DNA of 64,000 bases from an uncultured delta proteobacterium (GCA_963785725.1 CAWAWS010000005.1:1-64000), one strand, 5' to 3'; numbered from the stretch's first letter, positions 18,687-29,836 are shown. Numbers and translations are program-made. The notes: a model not told the origin generated them from the sequence alone.

Positions 18687-19475
18687 ATGCGTCGCGCGTG
18701 CATCACCGCCTTCGTCGTCGCAGCACTGCTGGCTCCACGCTCGGCCACCGCGCGGCCGGTAAGTGACTTAGGCAGTGTCTACAAGTGGGGAATGAGCTCG
18801 GACAACGTACTTCGAATGCTCATTGACCAACTCCAAGCCAAATATAGCGAGCTGGTAGCGCACGAGTCGGACGCGTACAAACAAGATCAACTGCGCCTCA
18901 AGCAAGGCGAGCTCGAGCAACAGCTGCGCGAGTCGCTGATCAAGTTCGATGGCGTCTCCGAGTCGAACAGGAGCTGGAACACGTCGCTGGTGCAGGAGGA
19001 GTTTGCGCAGCGCAACGACGAATCGATGCTCGTCGTGAACGAGCCGAAGCTTCGCCGGTTCCTGTTCTTCTGGCAGGACAAGCTATACAAGCAGGTGATT
19101 GCGCTCGACTCGGAACGCGCCGCGGGGCAAGGCAGCACCTTCGAGGATTTCACGCGCGTTCTCCAGGACCGTTATGGGCCGGCGGAGATGCGCTTCTTGC
19201 CGCTCCGTACCCATGACGACGACATGAAGCTCGATCATCTGGAGTGGCCTGCGACGGGCGATTATCAGTTGTTCGCCCGTGACCAGACCGACGTCTACGA
19301 CAACTATTGTCTGGTGCTCTTCAATCCGACCGTCACCGCTCAGGTCGAAGCGCGGCGCAAGGCGCGCGTCGGAGTGGTGCGCGCCGGCAGCGTGCTGATC
19401 GACGCGGCGACGGCGCCGGCGTCCTCCGTCGACCGCAACGAAGACATCGTCGACCGCATCATCGGCCGGAAGTAA
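18687..19475 (+). CDS. Secreted hypothetical protein, myxobacterial type
   Basis: Signal peptide, KWGMS and RRFLFFWQDKLYK motifs; AT-rich upstream region and GAGG SD. Confidence 0.75.
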   Translation: MRRACITAFVVAALLAPRSATARPVSDLGSVYKWGMSSDNVLRMLIDQLQAKYSELVAHESDAYKQDQLRLKQGELEQQLRESLIKFDGVSESNRSWNTSLVQEEFAQRNDESMLVVNEPKLRRFLFFWQDKLYKQVIALDSERAAGQGSTFEDFTRVLQDRYGPAEMRFLPLRTHDDDMKLDHLEWPATGDYQLFARDQTDVYDNYCLVLFNPTVTAQVEARRKARVGVVRAGSVLIDAATAPASSVDRNEDIVDRIIGRK

Positions 19476-19926
19476 GCGCGTCGTACTCGTTCGGCGAGCG
19501 CGTGCAATCAAATGCACGGGCTGGGGGCAAGGTTAAGCTCGTCAAGCGCTCCAGCTCGTTCAGACGCATCACCAGATGGGCTGACCGCGGGCAACTCGGG
19601 ACTTTGGTTTTGTGGCCGGTCACCCGGGCGCTTCCGGGTGAACAACTCGACATGAACGGACCGCTATAGAGTCCCAACACGTCATTCACTGGGAGAGGTC
19701 AAGCTCGATGACTTCAAAGCGGACTCGTCGTTCGTCCCCGGCCTGCACTTCAAGGGAGCCGGCTCGAAGATTCCGGCGGTGCGCAGCCGCTGGACGGACG
19801 GCTCGACGCGGCTCTGGCAGCTGCGACGCGTGCAGCCGGGGACGGGCGAGGCGCAGAGGCGTTGAGATTCGATCAGGCGCTGCCGAGCTCGTAGCGTTCG
19901 GCGCCAGACGCTCGTCCACGGCCGCG

Positions 19927-20712
19927 CTACGGGAACTGGTTGGCGCAGTGGTGCGTGCTGTCGCAGATGAACGAGATGACGCCCTGGCAGCAGTCGCTGT
20001 CGTAGTTGCAGCTGGCGCCCGTGGCGGCGCAGACGCAGGCGCCGTTGGCGCAGGTGCCGCCGCAGCAGTCGCGGCTGGTCGTGCACTGGCCGGCGCTCTG
20101 CACGCAGCCGCAGGTGCCGCTGCCGGGGACGGAGCCGACGCAGATGCCGCTGCAGCAGTCGGAGCCGGAGGCGCAACTCACGCCGGACGGCGAGCAGCAC
20201 TGCAGGCCGGCGAACGTCGAGACGCAGCGATCGCCGCAGCAGTCGGCGTCGGTCGTGCAGAAGTCGGTGCGCGGCGTGCAGCAGGCGCCGCCGAGGCACG
20301 AGCGCGTGCAGCATTGGTTGTCCGTGCCGCAGTGATCGGCGGCAGGTAGGCAGGCGCCCCCATTGGACGCGAGATCCGGCGAAGGCGTCGCCAGGTCATG
20401 AGGTGAAGCCGTCGCCAGGTCGTGAAGCGAGCTGGCGTCCGGCGACGCGGAGGCATCGACGGCCGCGCCCAGGTCGGGCAAGGGACTCGCGTCGTGGATG
20501 GCGCCTGCGTCCTTGATGATGCCGAAGTCGTGTGCAGCGCCGTCGAGCGCTGGCGCCGCAGCATCGGTGGCGAGGTCGCCGACGTCGTAGCTCGCGAGGT
20601 CCGAGGCGCACTCGTTGGTGCAGACGGCGAGGTCATGCACGACCGGCGAGCCCGATTCCCCGCAGCCGCTCCATGCGAGAAAAATGAAAGTCGTGAACGC
20701 CGGCGCCCGCAA
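19927..20712 (-). CDS. Cys-rich putative lipoprotein
   Basis: Lipobox-like WSGC, Asp-Leu-Ala linker repeats, repeated CxxxxDCC disulfide modules. Confidence 0.8.
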   Translation of the reverse strand: MRAPAFTTFIFLAWSGCGESGSPVVHDLAVCTNECASDLASYDVGDLATDAAAPALDGAAHDFGIIKDAGAIHDASPLPDLGAAVDASASPDASSLHDLATASPHDLATPSPDLASNGGACLPAADHCGTDNQCCTRSCLGGACCTPRTDFCTTDADCCGDRCVSTFAGLQCCSPSGVSCASGSDCCSGICVGSVPGSGTCGCVQSAGQCTTSRDCCGGTCANGACVCAATGASCNYDSDCCQGVISFICDSTHHCANQFP

Positions 20713-20795
20713 AGTGGTCCGACCAATAGCGGCCTATGACACTGAAGTCAAGCGCTCGCGCTTCGGCGGAGCGCCGCCAGCGCAAGAGGTTGCCG

Positions 20796-21653
20796 TTATC
20801 CTTGGCGCCCCGAGGTGTCCACCGAGAGGTCGGTCGAGCTCGAGAGCGTCGCGAAAGCGCGAATCTCGGCGAGGTGCGCCTCGAGCGCGGGCACGACCAT
20901 ATCGATCGCATCCTTGCCACCGAGGAATTGCCTCGGTGGCGACTCCATGGCCGCGAGCTGAATGAGCGCCTTTGCAAGCTTGGCCGGATCGCCGGTCTGC
21001 TTCTGGTTGTACCCAGCCCAAGTCGCCTGGATCTGGGCCGGCGCGTCGTAGCCCTCGACGGCGATGGCGCCGGCCTCGAAGGCGTGAGGCGCGATGAGGT
21101 CGGTGCGGAAGAAGCCGGGCTCGACGATGGTGATCTTGACACCGAGCTTCTCCACCTCTTTCGCCACCGACAATGAAAGCCCTTCGAGCGCGAACTTCGA
21201 AGCAGCGTACGCGCTGCAGTGCTCGAGACCGACGAGTCCCGCGGTCGACGAGATGTTGAGGATGTGGCCCGCACGCTGGCGCCGCATGACGGGCAGCACC
21301 GCGCGCATGAGGTACGTGGCGCCGAAGAAGTTCGTCGCCAGCTGTCGCTCAATCTGCTCGGCCGTGAACGACTCGAACGTGCCAAGCAGGCTATAACCTG
21401 CGTTGTTCACGAGGACGTCGATGCGACCCAGCTTCTCTACGGCCGCCGTGACGGCCGTCCGCGCCTGCGCCTCCACGGTCACGTCGAGCTGCACGAGCTC
21501 GAGGCGATCACTCGCAGACGACGCCAGCACCGAGCGCAGCTTCTCGACGTTGCGCGCCGTCGCCACCACGCGATGGCCAGCCGCGAGCGCCGCCTTCACG
21601 ATGGCCGTACCAATCCCACTACTCGCTCCAGTCACGAACCACACTGCGCTCAT
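20796..21653 (-). CDS. SDR family oxidoreductase
   Basis: WFVTGASSGIG, NNAG, YAASK, EPGFFRT. Confidence 0.92.
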   Translation of the reverse strand: MSAVWFVTGASSGIGTAIVKAALAAGHRVVATARNVEKLRSVLASSASDRLELVQLDVTVEAQARTAVTAAVEKLGRIDVLVNNAGYSLLGTFESFTAEQIERQLATNFFGATYLMRAVLPVMRRQRAGHILNISSTAGLVGLEHCSAYAASKFALEGLSLSVAKEVEKLGVKITIVEPGFFRTDLIAPHAFEAGAIAVEGYDAPAQIQATWAGYNQKQTGDPAKLAKALIQLAAMESPPRQFLGGKDAIDMVVPALEAHLAEIRAFATLSSSTDLSVDTSGRQG

Positions 21654-21775
21654 CACGACCCTCCGTTTGTATGAAACAGTCTGAGGGCTGTCGAAGAGGT
21701 GAGCTAGATGCCTCGAAAGCAATAGCCTGGTGAGCCAGATTTGACAATGTGGCCGCGCTGTCGGATTGGATCGAT

Positions 21776-22693
21776 ATGAACACGCCTCCGTTCGCACAGC
21801 TCCAGACCTTCGTCGCGGTCGCTCGTCAAGGGAGCTTCGCCGGTGCTGCCGGCGCGCTCGGCGTGACGCGTTCAGCGGTGAGCCACGCCGTTCGCCAGCT
21901 CGAGGAGCAGCTCCGGGTGGCGCTATTCGTACGGACGACGCGGAGTGTGTCACTGACCGATGTCGGACGGCGACTCCTCGAGGCCGCTGGACCCGCGCTC
22001 AGCCAGGCGGTCGCAGCGCTCGCCGATGCGTCCGCCCAGCCCGGCGAGCACATTGGACGGCTGCGCATCTCCGTCCCCCGCGTCGCAGTGCCTTCGGTGA
22101 TCACGCCGGTGTTGCCGACGTTCAGGGGCCGACATCCACGCATCGAGGTGGAGATCTCGGTCGATGACCGCCTCGTAGACATCGTCGCCGAGGGGTTCGA
22201 CGCGGGCGTGCGACTGAGCGAGATCATCCAGCGCGACATGGTGCAGGTCCGCCTGACCGAGCCCTTTCGGTTCGTGGTCGTCGGCACCCCCGGGTATCTG
22301 AGGCGTCACGGCACGCCCGAGCGTCCCGAGGATTCGTTGCGCCACGAGTGCATCACGTTCCTCTCGCAGACCACGGGGGCGCCGTATGCTTGGGAGCTGG
22401 AGCGAGGACGCCGGAGCTACCGCATCCCCGTGCGCGGTGGCCTCGTGACCAACGACGGCGCGCTGGCGCTCGCGATGACGGAGGAGGGCCTTGGGCTCAC
22501 TTATGCCGCAGAGCCCTTGGTGCAACGGCAGCTCGAGCGAGGTCGACTAAAGCGCGTGCTCGAAGGCTTTGCGGCATCCGTACCGGGCTTCTTCCTGTAC
22601 TTCCCGAGCCGCGCGCAGAAGTCGAAGCCGCTGCAGCTCTTCATCGAAGTTGCGAAGGAGCTGGCAAGGAAACGGCGGAGCGCGCCCGGCTGA
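21776..22693 (+). CDS. LysR-family regulator (divergent from SDR)
   Basis: SFAGAAGALGVTRSAVSHAVRQLE HTH, RTTRSVSLT, EGFDAGVR. Confidence 0.93.
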   Translation: MNTPPFAQLQTFVAVARQGSFAGAAGALGVTRSAVSHAVRQLEEQLRVALFVRTTRSVSLTDVGRRLLEAAGPALSQAVAALADASAQPGEHIGRLRISVPRVAVPSVITPVLPTFRGRHPRIEVEISVDDRLVDIVAEGFDAGVRLSEIIQRDMVQVRLTEPFRFVVVGTPGYLRRHGTPERPEDSLRHECITFLSQTTGAPYAWELERGRRSYRIPVRGGLVTNDGALALAMTEEGLGLTYAAEPLVQRQLERGRLKRVLEGFAASVPGFFLYFPSRAQKSKPLQLFIEVAKELARKRRSAPG

Positions 22694-22960
22694 CGCCAAG
22701 GCTGCGGCGATTCTCCGTCGCCTGCGTGGTCGCCCGCTTGGCCCAAGCGTCATAGCGCTCTAAACGAGAGATGGTCTCAACCTGAAACGACCGATTCGAC
22801 GACGAGCTGCGGAGCACGGCACCAAGCGCCGCCTCGAGCGGTTGCCCCCGCGCCATCCGAGCGCGTAGCGTTCGAGGCGTGGAGGCACATTCGCGCGCGC
22901 CGCGGCGCGTGATCGGCGTCGCCTCGAACGCTCGCGCGGTGGCATAGAGTGCGTACATCG

Positions 22961-24025
22961 ATGCGCCACTTGCCCTTCGTCATCATCGTCGTCGCCGCCA
23001 TCGCGCCCGCCCGGTTCGTCGCCAGCGCGGCCGCGGCGCCCGCGGCGCCCGGCGCCCACGACCGCTGGACCGTGCACCCGACCACCGTCGAAGGCCAACC
23101 GCTGGTCGTGCGTACGAACCTGAGCGCGCTCGACTTCGTCGGCGACGTCGCCCATCCGGTGCGCATCGACGTTGTCGTGCCGCTCCGCCACCCGAGGCCC
23201 GACGGCTTCAACACCGAAGCAGAGGCCGAGGAGCTGTGGCAGATCGAAGATCGCCTGGTTCAGCTGTTCACGGCCCGCGACGACGCGCGCCTGGTGCTGG
23301 TCACGAGCGGTCGCGGGCAGCGCCTGTTCCAGCTGTACGCGCGCTCGGCCGACACGGCGAAGCGCGCCTTCGCGACGCTGCAAGCGGCCACGTCGGACCG
23401 CACGCTGACGCTCACAACTGCGCCCGACCCCACCTGGAGCGCGTATCGCGAGGCCGCGTTTCCCAACGAAAGCGCATTCTGGCGCTGGTTTCGCGACCAC
23501 GAGACCGCGCTGCTCGCGGTGCATACCACCAAAGAGCCGGTCGCCGAGCAGCTGATGACGGAGCTGCAGAAGATCGACTCGCACCTCACGATCGAGGTCC
23601 AGGCCACCGACGGGCCGCGCCGCGATCTGATCATCAGTGCCGATGGCGTGCGCGACGCGTTTCCCGCGGTCCGGCGGCTGGTGGCGCTCGCGCCGCCGTC
23701 ACCGCGGTGGAACATCATCGGCTTTCGCCCACGCAGCGGGGCGCCGACGATAGAGATCGGCGACGTCACGCTGAAGGCGTCGGCGGTCTGGTTTCGCGTC
23801 GATCGGCGCCGGCCGGGTGAGCCGCTCGATCTGACCTTCTTCGTCGCCGGTATGACGCCGGAGCGCGCCATGCAGGCGTTCTACCTGCTGCTCGATGCCA
23901 CGCTCGGCGAGCTCGACGTCGAGACGCGCCTGCGCAAGATCGACCTACAGCCTGCGCCGGCCGATCCCACGCGGCAGGGGCTACTGCCGCTATCGCGCCT
24001 CACCGCCCTCGTCGATCAGCGCTGA
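22961..24025 (+). CDS. DUF695-domain protein with signal peptide
   Basis: LWQIEDRL..GRGQRLFQLY..DPTWSAY domain, followed by a FWRWF..LIISADG domain. Confidence 0.7.
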   Translation: MRHLPFVIIVVAAIAPARFVASAAAAPAAPGAHDRWTVHPTTVEGQPLVVRTNLSALDFVGDVAHPVRIDVVVPLRHPRPDGFNTEAEAEELWQIEDRLVQLFTARDDARLVLVTSGRGQRLFQLYARSADTAKRAFATLQAATSDRTLTLTTAPDPTWSAYREAAFPNESAFWRWFRDHETALLAVHTTKEPVAEQLMTELQKIDSHLTIEVQATDGPRRDLIISADGVRDAFPAVRRLVALAPPSPRWNIIGFRPRSGAPTIEIGDVTLKASAVWFRVDRRRPGEPLDLTFFVAGMTPERAMQAFYLLLDATLGELDVETRLRKIDLQPAPADPTRQGLLPLSRLTALVDQR

Positions 24026-24330
24026 CCGCCGTCCCGCAGGCGCAGCCCGAAGCTCGTATGCGTCGTCCGCAGCGAGCGTGCCAGCGCCGTGGCGATCGCC
24101 AGGATCGCTTCTAAACAGTGTGTTCCAACCTAGGCGACACCAACCTGGGTTGCACGGGCCACCGCTCCCGCGAACGCGTGTAGCTCATTACGCGACGGGG
24201 ACGGTCACCATGCTGTAGCCGCTCGAGCTACGCGCATGAAGCTAACGCCGCTGATCTGCACCAGACGACGAGCGGAATGATACTTGCTGAGTGCCGCCGC
24301 AACATCTTAGGAGCGTGCCCCTTGTCGAGA

Positions 24331-25188
24331 ATGCGCCCGCTGTTGTGTCTGCTCGCGATCGCCGGATGCAACACCTCGGAGCCGGCGGCGCAGACGCGAA
24401 CGGTGACCACGGTGACCTGGGATTCCAATCATCAACAGGTCAGCACCACGCGCGTCGTGCCGCTCGGTACTCCCATCGTCGGCGGAGCGCCGCAGGGCGG
24501 CTACCAAGCAGACCTGTCGTTCGATCCGGTCGATCCCAACAGCGCTTGCAAGGCGACCGATCTCATCATTTCGGACGAAGCGCTCGTGATCGACGCCAAA
24601 GGCGTCGTGCTGGGCTTCGAACCGGGCAGCAACTTTCTGTGCTTGTCGCCGCCTCCCGAGCTGCCTGCCGTCGGCGGAACGGAGCTCGTCAGGCTCGACC
24701 AGCTGACGTATCCGTCGGGTGGCACCTGGGCTGGCAAGGTGCGCTCCTTCGACTCGGCGCAGTACATCGGCGCCTTCATCACGGTGGGCGCGAGTAGCTG
24801 CCAGGGCAACTTCCACGACAACGAAACGACCAACGCCTCCGCCTGCGACCAGACGGCCTCCCAGCTGCAGTTCATCAACCAGACGAACGCACCCGCTTCC
24901 TGCACCGCCGGCTGCTCCGGCGGCATCCTCGACACCTGCGACGAATACGGTGAGCTGCAGACGCAGAACTGCACCGGGATGGGGCTGGATTGCAGCACGA
25001 CCACGTTGACCTGCTGCCTGTTGCCCGCGGCCTCCGAGTGCACGCCCGGCGCGCTCGGGCAGGCGTGTGGCTCCGCGAGCAACGCCTGCGGCACCATCTC
25101 GTGCGGTTGCGCCGGGCGGGGCTTCTGCTTCAAGGGCATTTGCCGCGAAATCATCATTGTCCCGCCGCCCCAGGATTCGCTCAACTAA
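24331..25188 (+). CDS. Cys-rich putative lipoprotein
   Basis: Lipobox IAGC, Cys-rich C-terminus. Confidence 0.75.
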   Translation: MRPLLCLLAIAGCNTSEPAAQTRTVTTVTWDSNHQQVSTTRVVPLGTPIVGGAPQGGYQADLSFDPVDPNSACKATDLIISDEALVIDAKGVVLGFEPGSNFLCLSPPPELPAVGGTELVRLDQLTYPSGGTWAGKVRSFDSAQYIGAFITVGASSCQGNFHDNETTNASACDQTASQLQFINQTNAPASCTAGCSGGILDTCDEYGELQTQNCTGMGLDCSTTTLTCCLLPAASECTPGALGQACGSASNACGTISCGCAGRGFCFKGICREIIIVPPPQDSLN

Positions 25189-25362
25189 CCGGTCAACAGT
25201 ATCCGCTCAGCGACCGGCATGACGACGCGGCTCGCCGAACGCTTACTCCTCATGTCGTAGGTGACGCCGCGCGGCCGCTCGGACCCGGTGACAGCGCTCG
25301 GCGACATATGGTGCATTTTCGAACCAGGTACGCATTGCGCAGCCTATGCTTGGGCTAGGCAC

Positions 25363-26259
25363 ATGATCGACTGGGATGACGTTCGTTTCTTCCTCGCGGT
25401 GGCGCGGAGGGGATCGGTTCGCGCCGCTGCCGAGCACCTCAAAGTGAACCACTCCACCGTGCTGCGACGTATCGCCCAGCTCGAGCAGCGCCTGGGAGCG
25501 CTTCTGTTCGAGAAGCGCCCGTCCGGCTACCGTTTGACGCGTGCCGGAAACGAGGTCCTCGAGCTCGCCGAACAGATGGAAGCGTCGTCGAGCCAGTTGG
25601 AGACGCGTATCTTCGGCCGCGACCAGGCGCTGCGTGGATCCCTGCGGGTGACGCTGCCGCCGACGATCTCGACCTATCTGCTCATGCCCGACCTCGCCGA
25701 GTTCGCGCGGCTCCATCCCGAAGTCGAGATGGAGATCCTCACGTCCTACAAGCGGGTCAACCTCACCAATCGCGAAGCCGACGTCGCGATCCGAGTGGTC
25801 TACGACCCCGCGACGCTGCCCCAGAATCTCCACGCGCTGAAAGGACCGCAGCTGTTCGGCGCGGTCTACATGTCACGCGCGCTGCTTGCCGACTGGCGGG
25901 CCGGTTCGCACGCTCCCATCCGCTGGATCGTCACGGACGACGGCATGATTCCCGATTGGGCGCGCACCAACGACGTTGCCGTCGACGGAACGACACTCAA
26001 AACCACCGACGCCGAGACCCAGATTCTCGCCGTGCGCGAGGGATTGGGCATCACGGCACTGTCGTGCTTCGTCGGAGATGCCGACCCGCTTCTGGCGAGA
26101 GTGCCGGGCAGCGCCTTGCGCCTCCACGGATGCGTGTGGCTGCTCACGCAGGGTGAGACGCGCAAGACGAAGCGCGTTCGCCTCTTCACGAATTTCATGT
26201 TCCAAAGGCTCGCCACGTACCAGCCGCTTCTCGCGGGGCAGCGCCCGCGACTCGACTGA
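25363..26259 (+). CDS. LysR-family regulator
   Basis: MIDWDDVRFFLAVARRGSVRAAA..HSTVLRRI, READVAIR. Confidence 0.93.
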   Translation: MIDWDDVRFFLAVARRGSVRAAAEHLKVNHSTVLRRIAQLEQRLGALLFEKRPSGYRLTRAGNEVLELAEQMEASSSQLETRIFGRDQALRGSLRVTLPPTISTYLLMPDLAEFARLHPEVEMEILTSYKRVNLTNREADVAIRVVYDPATLPQNLHALKGPQLFGAVYMSRALLADWRAGSHAPIRWIVTDDGMIPDWARTNDVAVDGTTLKTTDAETQILAVREGLGITALSCFVGDADPLLARVPGSALRLHGCVWLLTQGETRKTKRVRLFTNFMFQRLATYQPLLAGQRPRLD

Positions 26260-26404
26260 CGATCACGACTCGCCCAACTGCGCATCGACCGCGAGTGGTG
26301 CGTAAATGCACAACCGTTGTCGACAATTGAAGAGTCCCACGCGAGCGCACGGCCATTACATCCAACGATGTCTCGAACGCGGTTTCACTCGCAAAGGAGC
26401 ATCC

Positions 26405-27013
26405 GTGCGCTACTCGATCATCGGCTTCGGCAATTTCGGCCAGGCGTTGGCCCGGCTCTTCGCTCGCAAGAACATCGAGGTGGCGGTGGCAAGCAGGCGG
26501 CCGCCCGAATCACTCAAGCCCCTGGCTCGGGAAATCGGGCCGACGATCAAAGCCCAGTCACTAGTCGATGCGCTGGAAGCGGACGTCCTGTTTCTCGCCG
26601 TCCCGTTCTCGCAGCACCGCGACATCGCCAAGGCGCGCGCGAGCTGGAAGGGAAAGCTCGTCGTCGACGTGACCAACGCGTTCGGCGTCCCGGTGGAGGA
26701 GCTGGACGGCCTTCCTTCGTCTGCCGTCATCGCCAAGGCGCTGCCGGGCGCGCGCGTCGTGAAGGGGTTCAATCACCTCGCCGCCAAGGTCTTGGGCGGC
26801 GACCCGGGCTTCAACGGCGGCCGACGCGTCGTCTTTCTGGCCAGCGACGATGACGACGCGATCCCTCCGGTCGCGGCACTGGCCGAGCAGCTCGGGTTGG
26901 CGCCGGTGCCGCTCGGAAAGCTCGCAGAAGGCGGCGCGCTCGTCCAGTCGCAAGGACGGAGCTGGGCTCCTCTCATCTTTCAAGACCTCTTCAAGCTCGA
27001 GACTGCGAAATGA
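26405..27013 (+). CDS. NADP oxidoreductase, F420_oxidored family
   Basis: IIGFGNFG, FLAVP, VDVTN, VVKGFN; GTG start after AAGGAG. Confidence 0.88.
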   Translation: MRYSIIGFGNFGQALARLFARKNIEVAVASRRPPESLKPLAREIGPTIKAQSLVDALEADVLFLAVPFSQHRDIAKARASWKGKLVVDVTNAFGVPVEELDGLPSSAVIAKALPGARVVKGFNHLAAKVLGGDPGFNGGRRVVFLASDDDDAIPPVAALAEQLGLAPVPLGKLAEGGALVQSQGRSWAPLIFQDLFKLETAK

Positions 27014-27045
27014 GAATTCTGCCCGACACGACGAAAGGACAAGTC

Positions 27046-27777
27046 ATGGGAAAGCTCGAGGGTAAGGTCGCAGTCATCACGGGTGGATCGAGCGGCCTGG
27101 CGCTGGCGACGGCCAAGCGGTTCGTCGAAGAAGGCGCCTACGTGTTCATTACGGGCAGGAGGCAGGCGGCGCTCGACGAGGCCGTGAAGCTCATCGGCCG
27201 CAACGTGACCGGTGTGCGCGGCGACGCGGCCAATCTCGACGACCTCGACCGCCTGTTCGATACGGTCAAGCGGGCAAAGGGCAAGATCGACGTCCTGTTT
27301 GCGAGCGCCGGCAAGGGCGAAGCCGCCAAGCTGGGCGAGATTACCGAGCAGCACTTCGATGCAGGCTTCGGCCTGATTGTGCGCGGAACGCTGTTTACGG
27401 TTCAGAAGGCGTTGCCGCTCTTCAACGATGGCGGCTCGATCATCATGACTGGGTCAGTTGCTTCGGTGAAAGGCTTTCCTGGTTTCGGCGTGTATGCGGC
27501 GAGCAAGGCGGCATTGCGCTCATTCGCACGCACGTGGCTCAACGAGCTGAAGGGCAGGAATATCCGAGTGAACGTGCTGAGCCCGGGGCAGACCGACACT
27601 TCGGATTCCCAGCGACTCGATAAGCAGACGAGGGAGATGTTCGAGTCGCTGATACCGCGGGGAAAGATGGGTCGACCTGAGGAGATTGCCGCGGTCGCGC
27701 TGTTTCTCGCTTCGGACGATTCGAGCTACGTGAATGGAGTGGAGTTGGCCGTCGACGGCGGCTTCTCGGCCATCTGA
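27046..27777 (+). CDS. SDR family oxidoreductase
   Basis: ITGGSSGLA, YAASK, RVNVLSPG. Confidence 0.92.
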   Translation: MGKLEGKVAVITGGSSGLALATAKRFVEEGAYVFITGRRQAALDEAVKLIGRNVTGVRGDAANLDDLDRLFDTVKRAKGKIDVLFASAGKGEAAKLGEITEQHFDAGFGLIVRGTLFTVQKALPLFNDGGSIIMTGSVASVKGFPGFGVYAASKAALRSFARTWLNELKGRNIRVNVLSPGQTDTSDSQRLDKQTREMFESLIPRGKMGRPEEIAAVALFLASDDSSYVNGVELAVDGGFSAI

Positions 27778-27965
27778 GATCGCGCCGAAGAGCGTGGGAC
27801 CGAGCACGCTGCGGCCCGGCCTGGAATCCAGCGGCAGGACAAGAGTAGAGACCGTCCCACGTCAAAGACGCGATTGTGCCCTCCCCTACTCCAGTCGCGG
27901 GCTTATTCCGATCGCGTCGGATTAGTTCGGACACGATCCGACGTAACGGAAATGGAGACACTTCG

Positions 27966-28382
27966 ATGAGCACTCAAGAGAATGTCCAGGTTGTGAAGGA
28001 TTTCTTTGCGGCAATGAGCCACGGCGATAAGCAAGGTCTGCTGGCGTTGTCTGCCAAAGATATTGAGTGGACCATTCCCGGCGACAACTGGCCGCTGGCC
28101 GGCACGCACCGCGGGCACGCGGGATTGGCCGAGTTGCTTCAGAAGGCTTCCGAAACGGTGGACACTTCATACCCAGAGCCCCCCGAATTCGTAGCCCAGG
28201 GCGATCGGGTTCTGGTCGTCGGCTTCGCTAAGGGGAAAATCAAAGCCACGAATAGGGCGTTCGAGGACAACTGGGTCTTCGCCATTACCGTACGAGATGG
28301 CCTGGTGACGAACATTCGGGAGTATATCGACACGCAAGCACTGGCGCGGGCCTCCGCGATGGCCGCGAGCCCCAAGCGCTGA
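27966..28382 (+). CDS. NTF2/SnoaL-like protein
   Basis: IEWTIPG..PLAGTHRGH..FVAQGDRV..REYIDT. Confidence 0.88.
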   Translation: MSTQENVQVVKDFFAAMSHGDKQGLLALSAKDIEWTIPGDNWPLAGTHRGHAGLAELLQKASETVDTSYPEPPEFVAQGDRVLVVGFAKGKIKATNRAFEDNWVFAITVRDGLVTNIREYIDTQALARASAMAASPKR

Positions 28383-28476
28383 GCCTCACGATGACGCGAG
28401 GCCAATGGCAGCACCATATCTGTGCTCAAGTAAGCAGTCCCCTACTTCCGTACCACTCCAAGGAAGGATGCACGTC

Positions 28477-29211
28477 ATGAACAGACTGACTGGAAAGACC
28501 GCCGTGATCACCGGTGGCGCCACCGGCATCGGCCGCGCCGCGGCAAAGCGCTTCATCGAGGAGGGCGCCTTCGTCTTCATCTTCGGCCGCCGCCAGGAAG
28601 CGCTCGACGCCGCGGTCGCCGACCTCGGGCCCAAGGCCCGCGCGGTGAAGGGCTCGGTCTCCGATCCGGCCGACCTCGACCGACTCTACGCGGCGGTGAA
28701 GGCCGAGCGCGGAACCCTCGACATCGTCTTCGCCAATGCCGGGGCGGGAAGCCAGCTTGCGCTCGGCAAGATCACCGCCGAGCACATCGACGAAACCTTC
28801 GACACCAACGTGAAGGGTACGATCTTCACGGTGCAGCAGGCGCTACCGCTGATGGGCCAGGGCGGTTCGATCATCCTGACCGGATCGAGCGCCGGCACCA
28901 CGGGCGCCCCGGGAATGAGCGCCTACAGCGCGAGCAAGGCGGCGGTGCGCAACCTCGCGCGCACCTGGGCGGAGGACCTGAAAGGCACCGGCATCCGGGT
29001 CAACGTGCTGTCGCCCGGAGCGACTGCGACCGAGCTCGCGAAGGAAGCGCTCGGCGAGGAGGGCCAGAAGTTCTTCGCCTCGATGACTCCGCTCCAGCGC
29101 ATGGCCGATCCGGCGGAGATCGGAGCGGTGGCCGCCTTTCTCGCCTCGCCGGACAGCAGCTTCATGACCGCCAGCGAGGTCGCCGTCGACGGCGGCCTGG
29201 CGCAACTCTAA
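28477..29211 (+). CDS. SDR family oxidoreductase (paralog of 27046)
   Basis: ITGGATGIG, YSASK, RVNVLSPG. Confidence 0.92.
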   Translation: MNRLTGKTAVITGGATGIGRAAAKRFIEEGAFVFIFGRRQEALDAAVADLGPKARAVKGSVSDPADLDRLYAAVKAERGTLDIVFANAGAGSQLALGKITAEHIDETFDTNVKGTIFTVQQALPLMGQGGSIILTGSSAGTTGAPGMSAYSASKAAVRNLARTWAEDLKGTGIRVNVLSPGATATELAKEALGEEGQKFFASMTPLQRMADPAEIGAVAAFLASPDSSFMTASEVAVDGGLAQL

Positions 29212-29395
29212 CGCGCCACGCCCGCCGGTCACTCCATTCGCGCGTGCCCACTGGGCAGCCGCATTTGCCTCTCCCAGCAGCTCGAGGCTCCGCGCTCCGA
29301 TGATGCCGTCGGCGAAGCGACGCTCGAAAGCTCTACGTCAATCGTCGACGCTGCTCGTTGAACGCGTACGAATAAGAAGTCAGGTAGAATGGAGC

Positions 29396-29836
29396 ATGAC
29401 CCACAAGACGGTGGTCGAGACGCTCCTGGAGGTGTCGATCTGGATGTTCGTGGCCGTGGTCGGCGCATGGGGACTCGCGGGAATGTTCGCCACCTCGATC
29501 TGGATCGAGCGCGGCTTCGGAATTGACCTCCATTCAATCGAACGGATATCGCGCAATACCTGGTTATCCGAATATCGATTCCTGGCGGGACGCGAGGTGG
29601 GAATTGCGCTGTTCGCCCTAATCTTCCGCCGCGAGATCGTCTCCTCGCGCTCGTTCGGGCTGGCCTTTTGGGCCATCATCGTCGTTTCGCCGCTCGGCCG
29701 TATCTACACGATCGTCGTGGACGGACAGCCCCGCGCGCTGTGGCACGGGTTTCTCGCCGTCGAGCTCAGTTTCGTCGTGGGCTTCCTCGTGCTTTGGCGG
29801 TTGCGGCATCGTTCTGACGCGGCCTCCTCGAGCTAG
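29396..29836 (+). CDS. DUF4345-like membrane protein
   Basis: Four TM segments, SEYRFL and LGRIYTIVVDGQP motifs. Confidence 0.65.
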   Translation: MTHKTVVETLLEVSIWMFVAVVGAWGLAGMFATSIWIERGFGIDLHSIERISRNTWLSEYRFLAGREVGIALFALIFRREIVSSRSFGLAFWAIIVVSPLGRIYTIVVDGQPRALWHGFLAVELSFVVGFLVLWRLRHRSDAASSS

